From positions 30,355-94,354 of the IMG/VR virus record IMGVR_UViG_3300030060_003910: a stretch of DNA of 64,000 nt; one strand, 5' to 3'. Positions within the stretch are counted from its first letter, which is position 1, and each line of letters begins with the position of its first letter. This document shows positions 8,830 to 17,816 of this stretch, piece by piece. Made by a program: the position numbers and the translations under genes. Below the pieces are notes generated by a model, which saw only the letters and a list, made by a program, of their open reading frames with translations, had not been told where the DNA came from and searched no databases. Source of the DNA: a virus.

Positions 8830-9738
8830 ATGCTATGGACAGAAAAATATAGACCTAAAAATTTAAATGAAGTAATTGGACAAGAACACTTTGTATCTGA
8901 TGCAAGAGGTTGGGTTGAAGAAAACAATATGCCTAATATTTTGTTATACGGAAATCCTGGAAATGGTAAAACAGGCGCAGGATTAGTGATTGGAAGAGAA
9001 ATCTTGGGTGATTCCTTTCAAGATAATTTTGTTGAAGTGAATGCTTCGGATGATAGGCGATTAGAAAATGTGCGAACTACGATTAAGAATATCGCACAAA
9101 GCGGAACAATTGGGGATGCACCTTTTAGAATCGTATTATTAGATGAGATGGATGGTATGACCACCGATGCTCAAAATGCACTAAAGCGTATCATGGAACG
9201 ATATGCAAGCAATATTCGTTTTATTATTACCTGCAACGACAGAAATAAGATTATCTTTGCATTACAAAGTCGCTGTGCAAATTATCATTTTAAGCCACTC
9301 TCTAATGAGGCGGTCTTGGAAGTTTTAACTTCAATTCTCAAGGCTGAAGAAATAACCCGATTCTCCCAAGATGAATTGGACTCCTTTATATATGCGATGA
9401 ATGGTGATATGCGGAGGGCGATTACGGAACTCCAAGCGGCAAAGGCAAGCAATTCCACCCTCAAAACGCAAATTGATGCAGGATTAAATGAATACAAAAA
9501 ATTGTTAATGAAAATCGTCAATAAAGATAACTTCGCATTAAGCACGATACATGATTTCTTACACAACGGATTTACTATCCGTGAAATCTGTATTGGCTTA
9601 CATGATGCAGTTATTCAAACTGAATTAGAAAGTAATGTCAAATTCAAAATTTTAAGAACCATAGGAGAAAGCGAATGGCGTTCAACCACTATGACTCCAA
9701 AGGTTTTAGCATCTTGGCTAGTTAGCCAACTATCATAG
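8830..9738 (+). CDS. rfcS: replication factor C small subunit
   Basis: WTEKYRP, GNPGNGKT, EVNASDDR, LLDEMDGMT, AQNALKR, LQSRC, GDMRRAI. Confidence 0.95.
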   Translation: MLWTEKYRPKNLNEVIGQEHFVSDARGWVEENNMPNILLYGNPGNGKTGAGLVIGREILGDSFQDNFVEVNASDDRRLENVRTTIKNIAQSGTIGDAPFRIVLLDEMDGMTTDAQNALKRIMERYASNIRFIITCNDRNKIIFALQSRCANYHFKPLSNEAVLEVLTSILKAEEITRFSQDELDSFIYAMNGDMRRAITELQAAKASNSTLKTQIDAGLNEYKKLLMKIVNKDNFALSTIHDFLHNGFTIREICIGLHDAVIQTELESNVKFKILRTIGESEWRSTTMTPKVLASWLVSQLS

Positions 9739-9740
9739 AA

Positions 9741-10997
9741 TTGAACAAAGAAAAAATAAATATGGAAGTGAAGAACATGGACGAAAACATGAAAGCAGAA
9801 ATTGAAAAAGGCGCACAGGCTATCGGCTTGAGCGTTGAAGAAGCGAAGAACAAGTTTGAAGAGATTTGTTCCGAAAACAACATTGAAACCACAAACCCTA
9901 TCGCAAAGGGTCTTTGGCGAAACTTTGTTGCGAATGTAAAGCGAACACAGAACAATGATGGTGCTGAACAGAAAGACAATGATTCTTTCTACAAAGCAGC
10001 CTTTGGTTTCTTTGTGTCGTTAGATGCACCAAGAGATATGATGGCTTGGAACAGAATGAAAGCAAAAGAAGAGTTTATGCGTGATTCTGACAATGCTCTT
10101 GAACAGGGTATTGTGGCTATTGCTTCACAGAATGCTCTTGGAAAGTGGGTTGTTTCCCGCTATCACAACGGAGAATATAATGAAAAGACCATTTCAACTC
10201 TCCCTTCGGGTGCAGAAGAAACAGAAGATGGTCGTTTCTTTATCCCATTGGATAACACCCCTACCTACATGAATGGTGGTAGAAACAACAATTACGGTAA
10301 GCCTCTTCCCGCAGAACAAATGCGACGAAGTGGTATTTTCTTTGGTTCCGTTGGAACGGGAGAAATGAAGCCGTATTATTTCTCTTACAAAAATCAAGGT
10401 GGTGTGGACTTTGCACCAAATACTTTTGAGTGGGTGCATTTCCTTTGTGTTGCCAATGACAATGGAACTGACATTTATGGTGCTAAGGATTTGACTTTCA
10501 ACAGTCTTTCTCTTAACTCTGAAATGAATCCTGATAACGAACTTTATCGTGATATGTCCACCTTTGACTTTGAGGATTGCTTGCGTGAAAACTTTTCATC
10601 GCATCTTGTTCCTCTTGTTGATATGGATAAAGCGCACATTGAACGCCAAGCACTTCCTTCAAAGGAACGCTATGTCATTACTGACGGAACGGTGTGCAAT
10701 ATGAACATGACTCCAACAAAGAACGGAAACAGAATCATCAATCTAACTGACTTGAATGCAGAAATGGATTATGATTCTAATGAATCCGGTATTACTACTT
10801 GCTGGATTCCTGAGCATTTAACGCTTGACTTTGGCATTGGTTCTTCTGTCGTTGTTATTGGCCGAACAAGCCAAAGAACAACTGATGAAGGTGTTGAACC
10901 AACAACAATTAATGTTGCTGGCCTTTACTGCACAGTTCGTCATGGTTCAGCCGTTGAGGTTTCTGTTCCTGTTGAAGAGGACTTTGACTGGTTTTGA
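9741..10997 (+). CDS. OB-fold ssDNA-binding protein (RPA/SSB-like); true start probably 9762 or 9777
   Basis: C-terminal OB pattern GTVCNM...IINLTD...TTCW...VVVIGR; acidic-aromatic tail EEDFDWF; replication context. Confidence 0.55.
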   Translation: MNKEKINMEVKNMDENMKAEIEKGAQAIGLSVEEAKNKFEEICSENNIETTNPIAKGLWRNFVANVKRTQNNDGAEQKDNDSFYKAAFGFFVSLDAPRDMMAWNRMKAKEEFMRDSDNALEQGIVAIASQNALGKWVVSRYHNGEYNEKTISTLPSGAEETEDGRFFIPLDNTPTYMNGGRNNNYGKPLPAEQMRRSGIFFGSVGTGEMKPYYFSYKNQGGVDFAPNTFEWVHFLCVANDNGTDIYGAKDLTFNSLSLNSEMNPDNELYRDMSTFDFEDCLRENFSSHLVPLVDMDKAHIERQALPSKERYVITDGTVCNMNMTPTKNGNRIINLTDLNAEMDYDSNESGITTCWIPEHLTLDFGIGSSVVVIGRTSQRTTDEGVEPTTINVAGLYCTVRHGSAVEVSVPVEEDFDWF

Positions 10998-11075
10998 TTA
11001 AAAACCATTCATTGTGTAGTCGTTGGCGTTAATGACGGCCATAGGGGTGCGAAGCCTTTCCCTTTGGAGGGAAAA
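10989..11075 (+). promoter_or_regulatory. intergenic cluster of hairpins, the last covering the SD of ORF 11078
   Basis: TGGTTTT/AAAACCA, GTCGTTG/TAATGAC, AGGGG-TGCGAAG-CCTTT, TTTCCCT-TTGG-AGGGAAA. Confidence 0.45.
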
Positions 11076-11077
11076 AC

Positions 11078-11329
11078 ATGGATGATATAAAGAACGAAAG
11101 ATTTTTAATTAAAGAAACAAGTTATCTCGTTGATTTGAAAGATGTAGATTTTATCACTTGGAGCGAAAATGAAAGAGACTTAGGTAAGTATTTGGCTAAG
11201 TTGCATATTGGTTCTAAGGAAACAAGATATATGTGTCAATCAGCAGAAGAACTAAAGACTTTACTTCAAACTTGGTCGGAAGTGAAGGGAGAAAAATTAG
11301 ACCTTGATATAGATGAATTAGCATGGTGA
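11078..11329 (+). CDS. hypothetical protein
   Basis: GGAGGG SD; ORF track. Confidence 0.65.
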   Translation: MDDIKNERFLIKETSYLVDLKDVDFITWSENERDLGKYLAKLHIGSKETRYMCQSAEELKTLLQTWSEVKGEKLDLDIDELAW

Positions 11330-11333
11330 TAAC

Positions 11334-12149
11334 ATGGGATTAACAAATGGAAAAACGAAAATTGATGAAGGAATGGCACAAAACGCAAGAGTTGTGGCTT
11401 TTAAGGATAAACTGGCAAAACAAACGGCAGGGCGATTGGCTCGTAAAAATCGTTTAATTTGTGGTATTTGGGGAGAACCAAAGACCGTTAAAAGCGGTTT
11501 GGCTCTTGATTTTCCAGATAAGCAAATTTATGTTCTTGACTGGGATGATGGTTGTGAACCAACATGGCGACAAAACCATGAAATGACTGATAGGATTACT
11601 CTTTGGAATCCTGAAGTGCGAAACAAAAACGGTGAATTGGATATTCAAAAGTCTGAAGCCAATTCGGAAGATTTTGTTCTCTTTGTTAAATCAAAGATTG
11701 AAGAAGGCGAAGATTGTCTTTTTGTCTTTGACGGTGTAGATAAGTGGCTTGATTGTTGCACATTAAATGTAACTGGCTCTTCAAAAATTGGAAAGCCACA
11801 AAAGATGAAGTTTGAGTGGGGCAAGAGAAACGCTCCATTTTATTCTCTTTTGATGATGTGTAAGAATCTTGATTGCGACCAAATCTACATTACACACGCA
11901 AAGGCTGATTATGGAGCAACAGGTGAAGTTATTGGTTCTAAACCAAACTGGCACAACTGGGGCGATTATCTGTATCAAATCATTTCAACAAGAAGAACAC
12001 GCAAAAAGAACGATGTTGTGTATAAGTCTGAATTAATCAGCAGTAAAACCAACACCGAGTTAGTGGGCAAATCTTGGGAAACATTGACTGTTGGTAGCGG
12101 TAAAGTTTCTTGGGGAGGAATGCCTGAATTGCGTGAGGGATTGATTTGA
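11334..12149 (+). CDS. Sak4/AAA_24-like RecA-fold ATPase (recombination/annealing)
   Basis: Variant Walker A GEPKTVKS, YVLDWDDG, Walker B FVFDGVD, IYITHAK. Confidence 0.7.
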   Translation: MGLTNGKTKIDEGMAQNARVVAFKDKLAKQTAGRLARKNRLICGIWGEPKTVKSGLALDFPDKQIYVLDWDDGCEPTWRQNHEMTDRITLWNPEVRNKNGELDIQKSEANSEDFVLFVKSKIEEGEDCLFVFDGVDKWLDCCTLNVTGSSKIGKPQKMKFEWGKRNAPFYSLLMMCKNLDCDQIYITHAKADYGATGEVIGSKPNWHNWGDYLYQIISTRRTRKKNDVVYKSELISSKTNTELVGKSWETLTVGSGKVSWGGMPELREGLI

Positions 12150-12913
12150 AGTTCACAATTGATAGTGATACTCTAAAGAAAGCATTAGAAAGTGTTCAAG
12201 TAAGAGGCAAAGGAACAACGAATAGTGGTTTTGGCTCAACTAATTTTGGCACTTATGCTTATTTAGTGGCTGATACTGCTTCCATTGAAATTTGGAATGG
12301 GAATGCTACTTTTTGTGTTAAAATTAGCCTTGATGCTACTGTTGAAGAACAGGGTAGAGTTTGTTTTGATAGCGCAACTGTTATTCCTTATTTAAAGAAT
12401 TTTAGCGGAGAAGATATAGTTTTCTCGGTTAGGGATTTTATTGTCATCAATTGCGGAACAAAGAAGGCTTCTATTCCTTTAGTAGTTAATCACCCGAATG
12501 CTGATGCTATCGCAAGAATCCAGAATATGTTGAATCCAGTTTCATACGAGATTCAGCCGCAGACTCTTTATAACTTCGGTAAATCTAAGTTTGAAGGAGC
12601 ATTTACTCTTACACAACGACAATTACAGGATGCAATTAAAGCCTGTGAATTAGTCAAAAGTGGAGTGTATAAGTTTGATTTCAATAATGGTGTGTTGAAT
12701 GTTTCAACCCGCCAAAATGTTACGAATAAATACGAAGAAACGATAACTCCTGCTTTTCCTACGGGAGAACCTGCTACGGTGGAGTTTAGTTCACCAATCT
12801 ATGCTTTCTTTAAGAAAGACCAGATGTTGAACTTTTACCTAAAAGATGACTTTCCTCTTTTAGTAGTAGCAAATGATAGAATACTGTTGAAAGCACCACA
12901 TATTTCGGGGTGA
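12146..12913 (+). CDS. pcn: DNA sliding clamp (PCNA-sized)
   Basis: 255 aa; MKFTIDSDTLKKAL, repeated two-domain pattern ending DFPLLV...ILLKAPH; lies between RFC and PolB; PIP boxes present in partners. Confidence 0.7.
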   Translation: MKFTIDSDTLKKALESVQVRGKGTTNSGFGSTNFGTYAYLVADTASIEIWNGNATFCVKISLDATVEEQGRVCFDSATVIPYLKNFSGEDIVFSVRDFIVINCGTKKASIPLVVNHPNADAIARIQNMLNPVSYEIQPQTLYNFGKSKFEGAFTLTQRQLQDAIKACELVKSGVYKFDFNNGVLNVSTRQNVTNKYEETITPAFPTGEPATVEFSSPIYAFFKKDQMLNFYLKDDFPLLVVANDRILLKAPHISG

Positions 12914-12919
12914 ATAATA

Positions 12920-14623
12920 ATGATAATTAGCAGAATGAATGATGGAAATAGAATATATAAATCTTGGAGAGAAAACGGAGAGAAGAAACACGAGATTGTT
13001 CCCTTTCGGCCTTATTTTTATGTTAAGGAAGATAGCGCAGAACCATTTGAATATAGACCTTCTAAATATATTAGTCGGGAGTTTGAGTATATTCGTGGTG
13101 ATTGGGTTAATCTTGACAACGAGCCATTGAAGAAAGTCATTGTTGAAACTTCTCACGATATGCGAAAAGCAAAGGATATGTTCGGTGAAACCTATGAAGC
13201 CGATGTTCCCTTTCACTTTCGGTATTGTGTTGATGAGTTAGATGAAATGCCAGAATACAAACTGCGTAAGTGGTATTGGGATATGGAATGGCAACAAGGT
13301 GGTGATTATCACGACCAATTGACTACAATCGTTGTTTATGATAATTATGACGAAGAATACATTCAATGGGTTTGGTGGCCTAATTTCCCATTCAAGGAAG
13401 AAACCACCCAAAAAGATTTGGCTGATGTTATTTTAGAAGGAGATATTTGCCCACCCTCTAACTGTGCTGTGCGTTTTTTCTCATCAGAAAAAGATATGAT
13501 TGAGGATTTTATGAACACCATGATTGTAAAAGACCCCGATATGCTAATTGCTTGGTTTGGTCATTTTGCTGATTTACCAAAGTTATTTGAACGGGCTTGT
13601 GCGGTGGGTCTTGACCCTCGCATTATTTCACCAACGGCAACAGTTAAGGGAGTAAAGTCTGTAAAAGATGGCTTTGAGTTTAAATATTCCGAAAAAGGTT
13701 TTTCACCAATTGAACAACCTATTGGTGGACGAATTACACTTTCTTTGGACTTGGCCTTTGAAAGACAATGGAATGATTCTCAAAGAGGAACATTACCTTC
13801 TCTTTCTCTTGATTATATCGGTGAAACTGTTCTTGATAAGAAGAAGTTAGTATCGGAAAAATTTCCTGATACTAACGAATTTTATCGTAGGGGTTGGTTA
13901 GAAGATACAGCAACTTATCTTCAATATGCTTTAAGAGATGTTGAATTGATGGTTGAGATTGATGAAACTAATTTTTGTAGTGAAGCAATTGTTTCTCTTC
14001 AACGACTACTGAAAGCACCATTTGATGCTTGTTTCTATGCTTCTCACATGGGTTCTATTTACTTTATGAGAAATGCTTGGTGGAAAGCACCAACGGGTAG
14101 CAAAGTGGATAAAAGACAAGAATATGAAGGTGCTATGATTTATGACCCATTAAGTGAAGAAACAAACGGACTACATTTGAATGTAGCCGCTTTTGATTTT
14201 GCTGGTCTATACCCTTCAATGATGATTGCTCGCAATATCAGTTGGGAAACCAAATCTCAAGAACCAACAGAATTTGCAGTTAATATTCTAACTCCTAGAG
14301 ACTTTAGCGAAACCAAGCATGAACAGATGCTCTATTACAAAACAGATGAACTCGGCCTACTACCAAGAGCCGTCCTTGAATTGAAGGAGTTGCGAAATGA
14401 ATATAAACGACTGATGCGAGAGGCAAGAGAAACGGATAATGGCGAGTATGTAAAGTGGTATAACAATCAAATGGCAGTAAAGCGATTAATGGCCTCTTTT
14501 TACGGCATTGTTGCTTTTCAAGGATTTGGATGGGCTGATGTAGATTTAGCAGCATCTATTACCGCAAGTGCAAGAGAAGCAATTAGATTAGCGGCGTTTG
14601 CTGCAAAGGAGATGGAAGTATGA
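12920..14623 (+). CDS. polB: family B DNA polymerase, N-terminal part (exonuclease, motifs A and B)
   Basis: ExoI WDME, ExoII GHFADLP, ExoIII YALRD, YEGAMI, FDFAGLYPS, KRLMASFYG, ITASAR. Confidence 0.92.
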   Translation: MIISRMNDGNRIYKSWRENGEKKHEIVPFRPYFYVKEDSAEPFEYRPSKYISREFEYIRGDWVNLDNEPLKKVIVETSHDMRKAKDMFGETYEADVPFHFRYCVDELDEMPEYKLRKWYWDMEWQQGGDYHDQLTTIVVYDNYDEEYIQWVWWPNFPFKEETTQKDLADVILEGDICPPSNCAVRFFSSEKDMIEDFMNTMIVKDPDMLIAWFGHFADLPKLFERACAVGLDPRIISPTATVKGVKSVKDGFEFKYSEKGFSPIEQPIGGRITLSLDLAFERQWNDSQRGTLPSLSLDYIGETVLDKKKLVSEKFPDTNEFYRRGWLEDTATYLQYALRDVELMVEIDETNFCSEAIVSLQRLLKAPFDACFYASHMGSIYFMRNAWWKAPTGSKVDKRQEYEGAMIYDPLSEETNGLHLNVAAFDFAGLYPSMMIARNISWETKSQEPTEFAVNILTPRDFSETKHEQMLYYKTDELGLLPRAVLELKELRNEYKRLMREARETDNGEYVKWYNNQMAVKRLMASFYGIVAFQGFGWADVDLAASITASAREAIRLAAFAAKEMEV

Positions 14624-14829
14624 ATAGTTTTTGTAAAAATTGGATTAATCAAGAAATACCTAAAATGCCAGATGGATTTACTGCATCACAAATGCACAGT
14701 AGGCTATCTAATTTAGGTAAAACTTTAAAGTATCTTGAGAATACGACTAGCATTGGGGTTTATCTCAAAAGACACGAAGCCTTAAATATGAATGATTCAT
14801 CGGGAATTAGAACCTATTGGAGGAAATAA
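14620..14829 (+). CDS. small hypothetical protein (possible wHTH) inside the polB split
   Basis: FTASQMHSRL...TTSIGVYLKR...IRTYW; ATGA overlap. Confidence 0.5.
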   Translation: MNSFCKNWINQEIPKMPDGFTASQMHSRLSNLGKTLKYLENTTSIGVYLKRHEALNMNDSSGIRTYWRK

Positions 14830-14831
14830 AT

Positions 14832-15005
14832 ATGAAAACAAAATATATTACAGTTAAATTATCTTATGATACAGAAGAAACCTATGATATTACAATGCAG
14901 GAAGTCAAAGAGATTTTTCAAATGATGAATAATCTCAAGAGACACGCTATCATTGTAGATGTTGAACAAGGTGTGAATGAAAATGATGATGGACAGGACG
15001 AATGA
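14832..15005 (+). CDS. small hypothetical protein
   Basis: GGAGG SD before the ATG at 14832. Confidence 0.55.
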   Translation: MKTKYITVKLSYDTEETYDITMQEVKEIFQMMNNLKRHAIIVDVEQGVNENDDGQDE

Positions 15006-15114
15006 ATTGCTGGAGGAATTATTGATGATGATTAACAGAAGCAACAAAATTCTAATGATGGTAAATGTCGTCAATATCGCAACAATTATTACATTACTGG
15101 TGGTGGTATTATGA
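14983..15114 (+). CDS. small membrane-anchored protein (43 aa, not in ORF track)
   Basis: MMMDRTNELLEELL...VNVVNIATIITLLVVVL*; C-terminal hydrophobic helix; ATGA overlap. Confidence 0.55.
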   Translation: MMMDRTNELLEELLMMINRSNKILMMVNVVNIATIITLLVVVL

Positions 15115-15311
15115 AAGAAGAAAAACTATATTTAGAAACATTGAAAGAAATAAGAGACATGAAAGAATATGTAAAGGACGAGATTGATTCCCTGTTTGTG
15201 GAATTACAAAAACTTCGTGATATGCGAGGAGCAATTGAAGAATTACAAGAAGAAGTGGCGAAACTTGCAGGTGAACCTGTTGGTATGCTCTTTACTAATT
15301 ATTGGGCGTGA
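15111..15311 (+). CDS. small coiled-coil protein
   Basis: Heptad-like E/K/L-rich sequence. Confidence 0.55.
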   Translation: MKEEKLYLETLKEIRDMKEYVKDEIDSLFVELQKLRDMRGAIEELQEEVAKLAGEPVGMLFTNYWA

Positions 15312-15315
15312 TTGA

Positions 15316-16209
15316 ATGAAAGTGGTTTATGGACATACTGATTCTATCTATGTGCAAATTGATTCCGTAGAAGCCGCACAAAAAGCAATTAAGGTGATTG
15401 AAGATGAAGTCAAAAAAAGTTTCCCGAATATTCTCGGACTTGAACAGCATCCCGTTAGTCTGGAGTTTGAGAAGTATTATTCGGCGTTGGGTGTTGGAAC
15501 AACCAAAAACAGAAACGCAGGGTTAGTATCTTGGGAAGATGGAGAATGGTTAGAAAAGCCCAAGTTTAGTATGACTGGATTTACGGCAAAGCGTGTTAGT
15601 GAAACTAAATTGGCTAAACATATTCAAACTGAAACTCTCAAAATGTGGGTTGAAGGTAAAACACAAGCAGAAATTGTGCATTATCTACACCGACAATATA
15701 CAATGGTTCTTGATGGAGAATTGAGTATAATGCCTCTTATCAAAAGAAGCCGTCTGAGGGAAAATAGGTTCATGGTAAAATGCCCCGAATGTAATACAAA
15801 GTATCATGTTCGTGATTGTATTAACTTGAAACATAAGGTATGTGAAAAGTGTGCAACAGAAACGACTAGATTTACAACCCTTGATGGAAAGAAACCCACA
15901 TTTGGTGCTGGTATTGCAGGTGTTTTGTATGCTTGGGAAAAGAAAGACACTAATTTTGATGATTCTTATATTTATTTAAAAGTAAAGGGCGTAAATGATT
16001 TTTATACTCATCCTTTAACGCAAGAAAGGCGAGAAGTTGAATACTTATCAGGCACAACCGCTAAGGATTTTAGCGGTTATCGTCCAGACCTTGCGTTCTA
16101 TGCCTCGCAGGTGGTAAAGAAGGCCGAACCGATTTTCAAGGCGATGGATTGGGATATATCGGCCATACGGACGGGGAGATTACAGGCAAGCCTTGATGAA
16201 TGGTGGTGA
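15316..16209 (+). CDS. polB: family B DNA polymerase, C-terminal part (motif C, thumb) with Zn-ribbon insert and PIP box
   Basis: VVYGHTDSIYV, LEFEKYY, KNRNAG, CPEC...CEKC, QASLDEWW. Confidence 0.9.
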   Translation: MKVVYGHTDSIYVQIDSVEAAQKAIKVIEDEVKKSFPNILGLEQHPVSLEFEKYYSALGVGTTKNRNAGLVSWEDGEWLEKPKFSMTGFTAKRVSETKLAKHIQTETLKMWVEGKTQAEIVHYLHRQYTMVLDGELSIMPLIKRSRLRENRFMVKCPECNTKYHVRDCINLKHKVCEKCATETTRFTTLDGKKPTFGAGIAGVLYAWEKKDTNFDDSYIYLKVKGVNDFYTHPLTQERREVEYLSGTTAKDFSGYRPDLAFYASQVVKKAEPIFKAMDWDISAIRTGRLQASLDEWW

Positions 16210-16213
16210 AAAT

Positions 16214-16390
16214 ATGAAAAAAGATACATTAAATAAAATAAGAGAAAAATGGATTTATGAATTTGGTAAATTTCAATTAACTGTCAAAGAAGATATGTCC
16301 TTTGAGGATTTTCTTCTTTGGTATGTTGATATGTTAGATGGAGAATATAGAGCATTTGTTGATGAGGTGAAAAGAAATGAACACAGATGA
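16214..16390 (+). CDS. hypothetical protein
   Basis: GGTGGTGA SD. Confidence 0.55.
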   Translation: MKKDTLNKIREKWIYEFGKFQLTVKEDMSFEDFLLWYVDMLDGEYRAFVDEVKRNEHR

Positions 16391-17288
16391 AAAATATGAA
16401 GCAAGAATTAACTCAATGAGGCCATTTACTTACGATTGGCAACCAGAAAATTATGACGACCCATCAAAGCCAATTTTGAAGATTAGTAAATCTTCTCTTG
16501 TTGGTGCATTTGCTTGGTGCAACAAGAAATATGAATTTTCATATATCCAAAGATTACCTCAAGACCAAACAGAAGCCATGAGAAAGGGAACGGTTCTTCA
16601 CAATAACCGTGAAGAATTTTTTGATGTTTTTGATATTAAGAAAGCAGAAACTATGAATAACTCCGAAGTGCTTGAATACTGCACTTCGCTTATGCCTATT
16701 GATGATTATTTTGATATTTCTTTAACAGTCGCCGCATTTGAAGCACAGCGATTTATTGAAGCGAGAAGTGAGGGTAGAGTTGAAGAATACTTACCCGTCA
16801 TTAATGAGCGAATGTTTGATTGTGAAATTACTGTTCCTCAAAATGTAAGTAAGAAATATCCTTTACAGCGAGATTATGTAGTAAGGCTTCAAGGCATCAT
16901 TGACCGTGTGTTTATTGAGAACGGCAAACTTATTCCGTTTGAATATAAGACAGGCGGTTGGAAAGATTCAAAGTTTAGTAGTATGCGGCAAGAAATGGCT
17001 TTTTATCAATTGATGATTGAAAATGCTCCCGAAGAAGTGCTTGAAAAGCATGGATTGACAAAAGACATGGAGGTTAGTCATTGGGGTTGGTATTATCCTG
17101 TTGCTAACCATATCACAGTTGAACCTGTTAAGAAGCGTTCAATGACAGCACTTTGGGATAATATTGCTAAACTAATTTATACATATGAACAGGGAGAATT
17201 TCCGACTAGTTTTTGGAGAAGCACCTGTTCACAATATTGTTCGTATTACGGTATTTGTCCTGCGGCACAAGAGGATGCGTGGCTATAA
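16377..17288 (+). CDS. Cas4-like PD-(D/E)XK exonuclease with Fe-S Cys
   Basis: SKSS..WC, GTVLH, GIIDRV, EYKTG, QEMAFY, CSQYCSYYGIC. Confidence 0.85.
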   Translation: MNTDEKYEARINSMRPFTYDWQPENYDDPSKPILKISKSSLVGAFAWCNKKYEFSYIQRLPQDQTEAMRKGTVLHNNREEFFDVFDIKKAETMNNSEVLEYCTSLMPIDDYFDISLTVAAFEAQRFIEARSEGRVEEYLPVINERMFDCEITVPQNVSKKYPLQRDYVVRLQGIIDRVFIENGKLIPFEYKTGGWKDSKFSSMRQEMAFYQLMIENAPEEVLEKHGLTKDMEVSHWGWYYPVANHITVEPVKKRSMTALWDNIAKLIYTYEQGEFPTSFWRSTCSQYCSYYGICPAAQEDAWL

Positions 17289-17461
17289 TGATAGATGAGT
17301 TTATGAATTGTATTTATGATTTATTACTGATATATTGGCCTAATATAAACCCAGTAATATTACATGACGCTTTATTTGACCCTATGAATGTAATTAAACT
17401 AGACCAACTTTTGAGTAATTTATATACAATAACGGAGGAATTAGATGAAAGATTTAATTGA
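17288..17461 (+). CDS. small hypothetical protein
   Basis: TAATG overlap. Confidence 0.4.
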   Translation: MIDEFMNCIYDLLLIYWPNINPVILHDALFDPMNVIKLDQLLSNLYTITEELDERFN

Positions 17462-17816
17462 AAGAAAAGTGCTTGGAAGAAATTGGACATTCAATGAGAT
17501 TTCTAATCTCAATGATACGGTAGCCAATCTATCGCAAGATATTTACTCAGAAATGACTCTTATTGAAAAATTTAAACTGGTTCAGGATTTGAGAATCAAA
17601 GAAGATTATGTAGGAGCATATTTTGAAGATGTGCTTAAATTAACAGTAATGACCGTCTTAAACGGCGAGATTGCTATGACAATAAAACAGTTGCTCAATG
17701 GAGCAACAATTAATTTTGGAGGTAATACAAATGAAGTTTCCGAGGGAAGTATGGGCGGGGAGCCACATAAAGAACGCCCCGCAAATGAAAAGAAAAGTCG
17801 TCTTAGCGAGGAATGA
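17445..17816 (+). CDS. hypothetical protein (3' end overlaps the primase)
   Basis: GGAGG SD. Confidence 0.55.
   Translation: MKDLIERKVLGRNWTFNEISNLNDTVANLSQDIYSEMTLIEKFKLVQDLRIKEDYVGAYFEDVLKLTVMTVLNGEIAMTIKQLLNGATINFGGNTNEVSEGSMGGEPHKERPANEKKSRLSEE

Noticed and set aside
11015-11062. tRNA gene
   Set aside because: Only a T-arm-like hairpin is present; no acceptor, D or anticodon arms can be built
14560-15340. Split intein or frameshift error at the polB break
   Set aside because: No Cys/Ser-start or His-Asn-end intein motifs; about 690 nt of tightly coupled ORFs separate the halves
16377-17288. Cas4-like gene as a sign of CRISPR-Cas
   Set aside because: No repeat-spacer array or other cas genes seen; solo Cas4-like nucleases are common in archaeal virus replication modules
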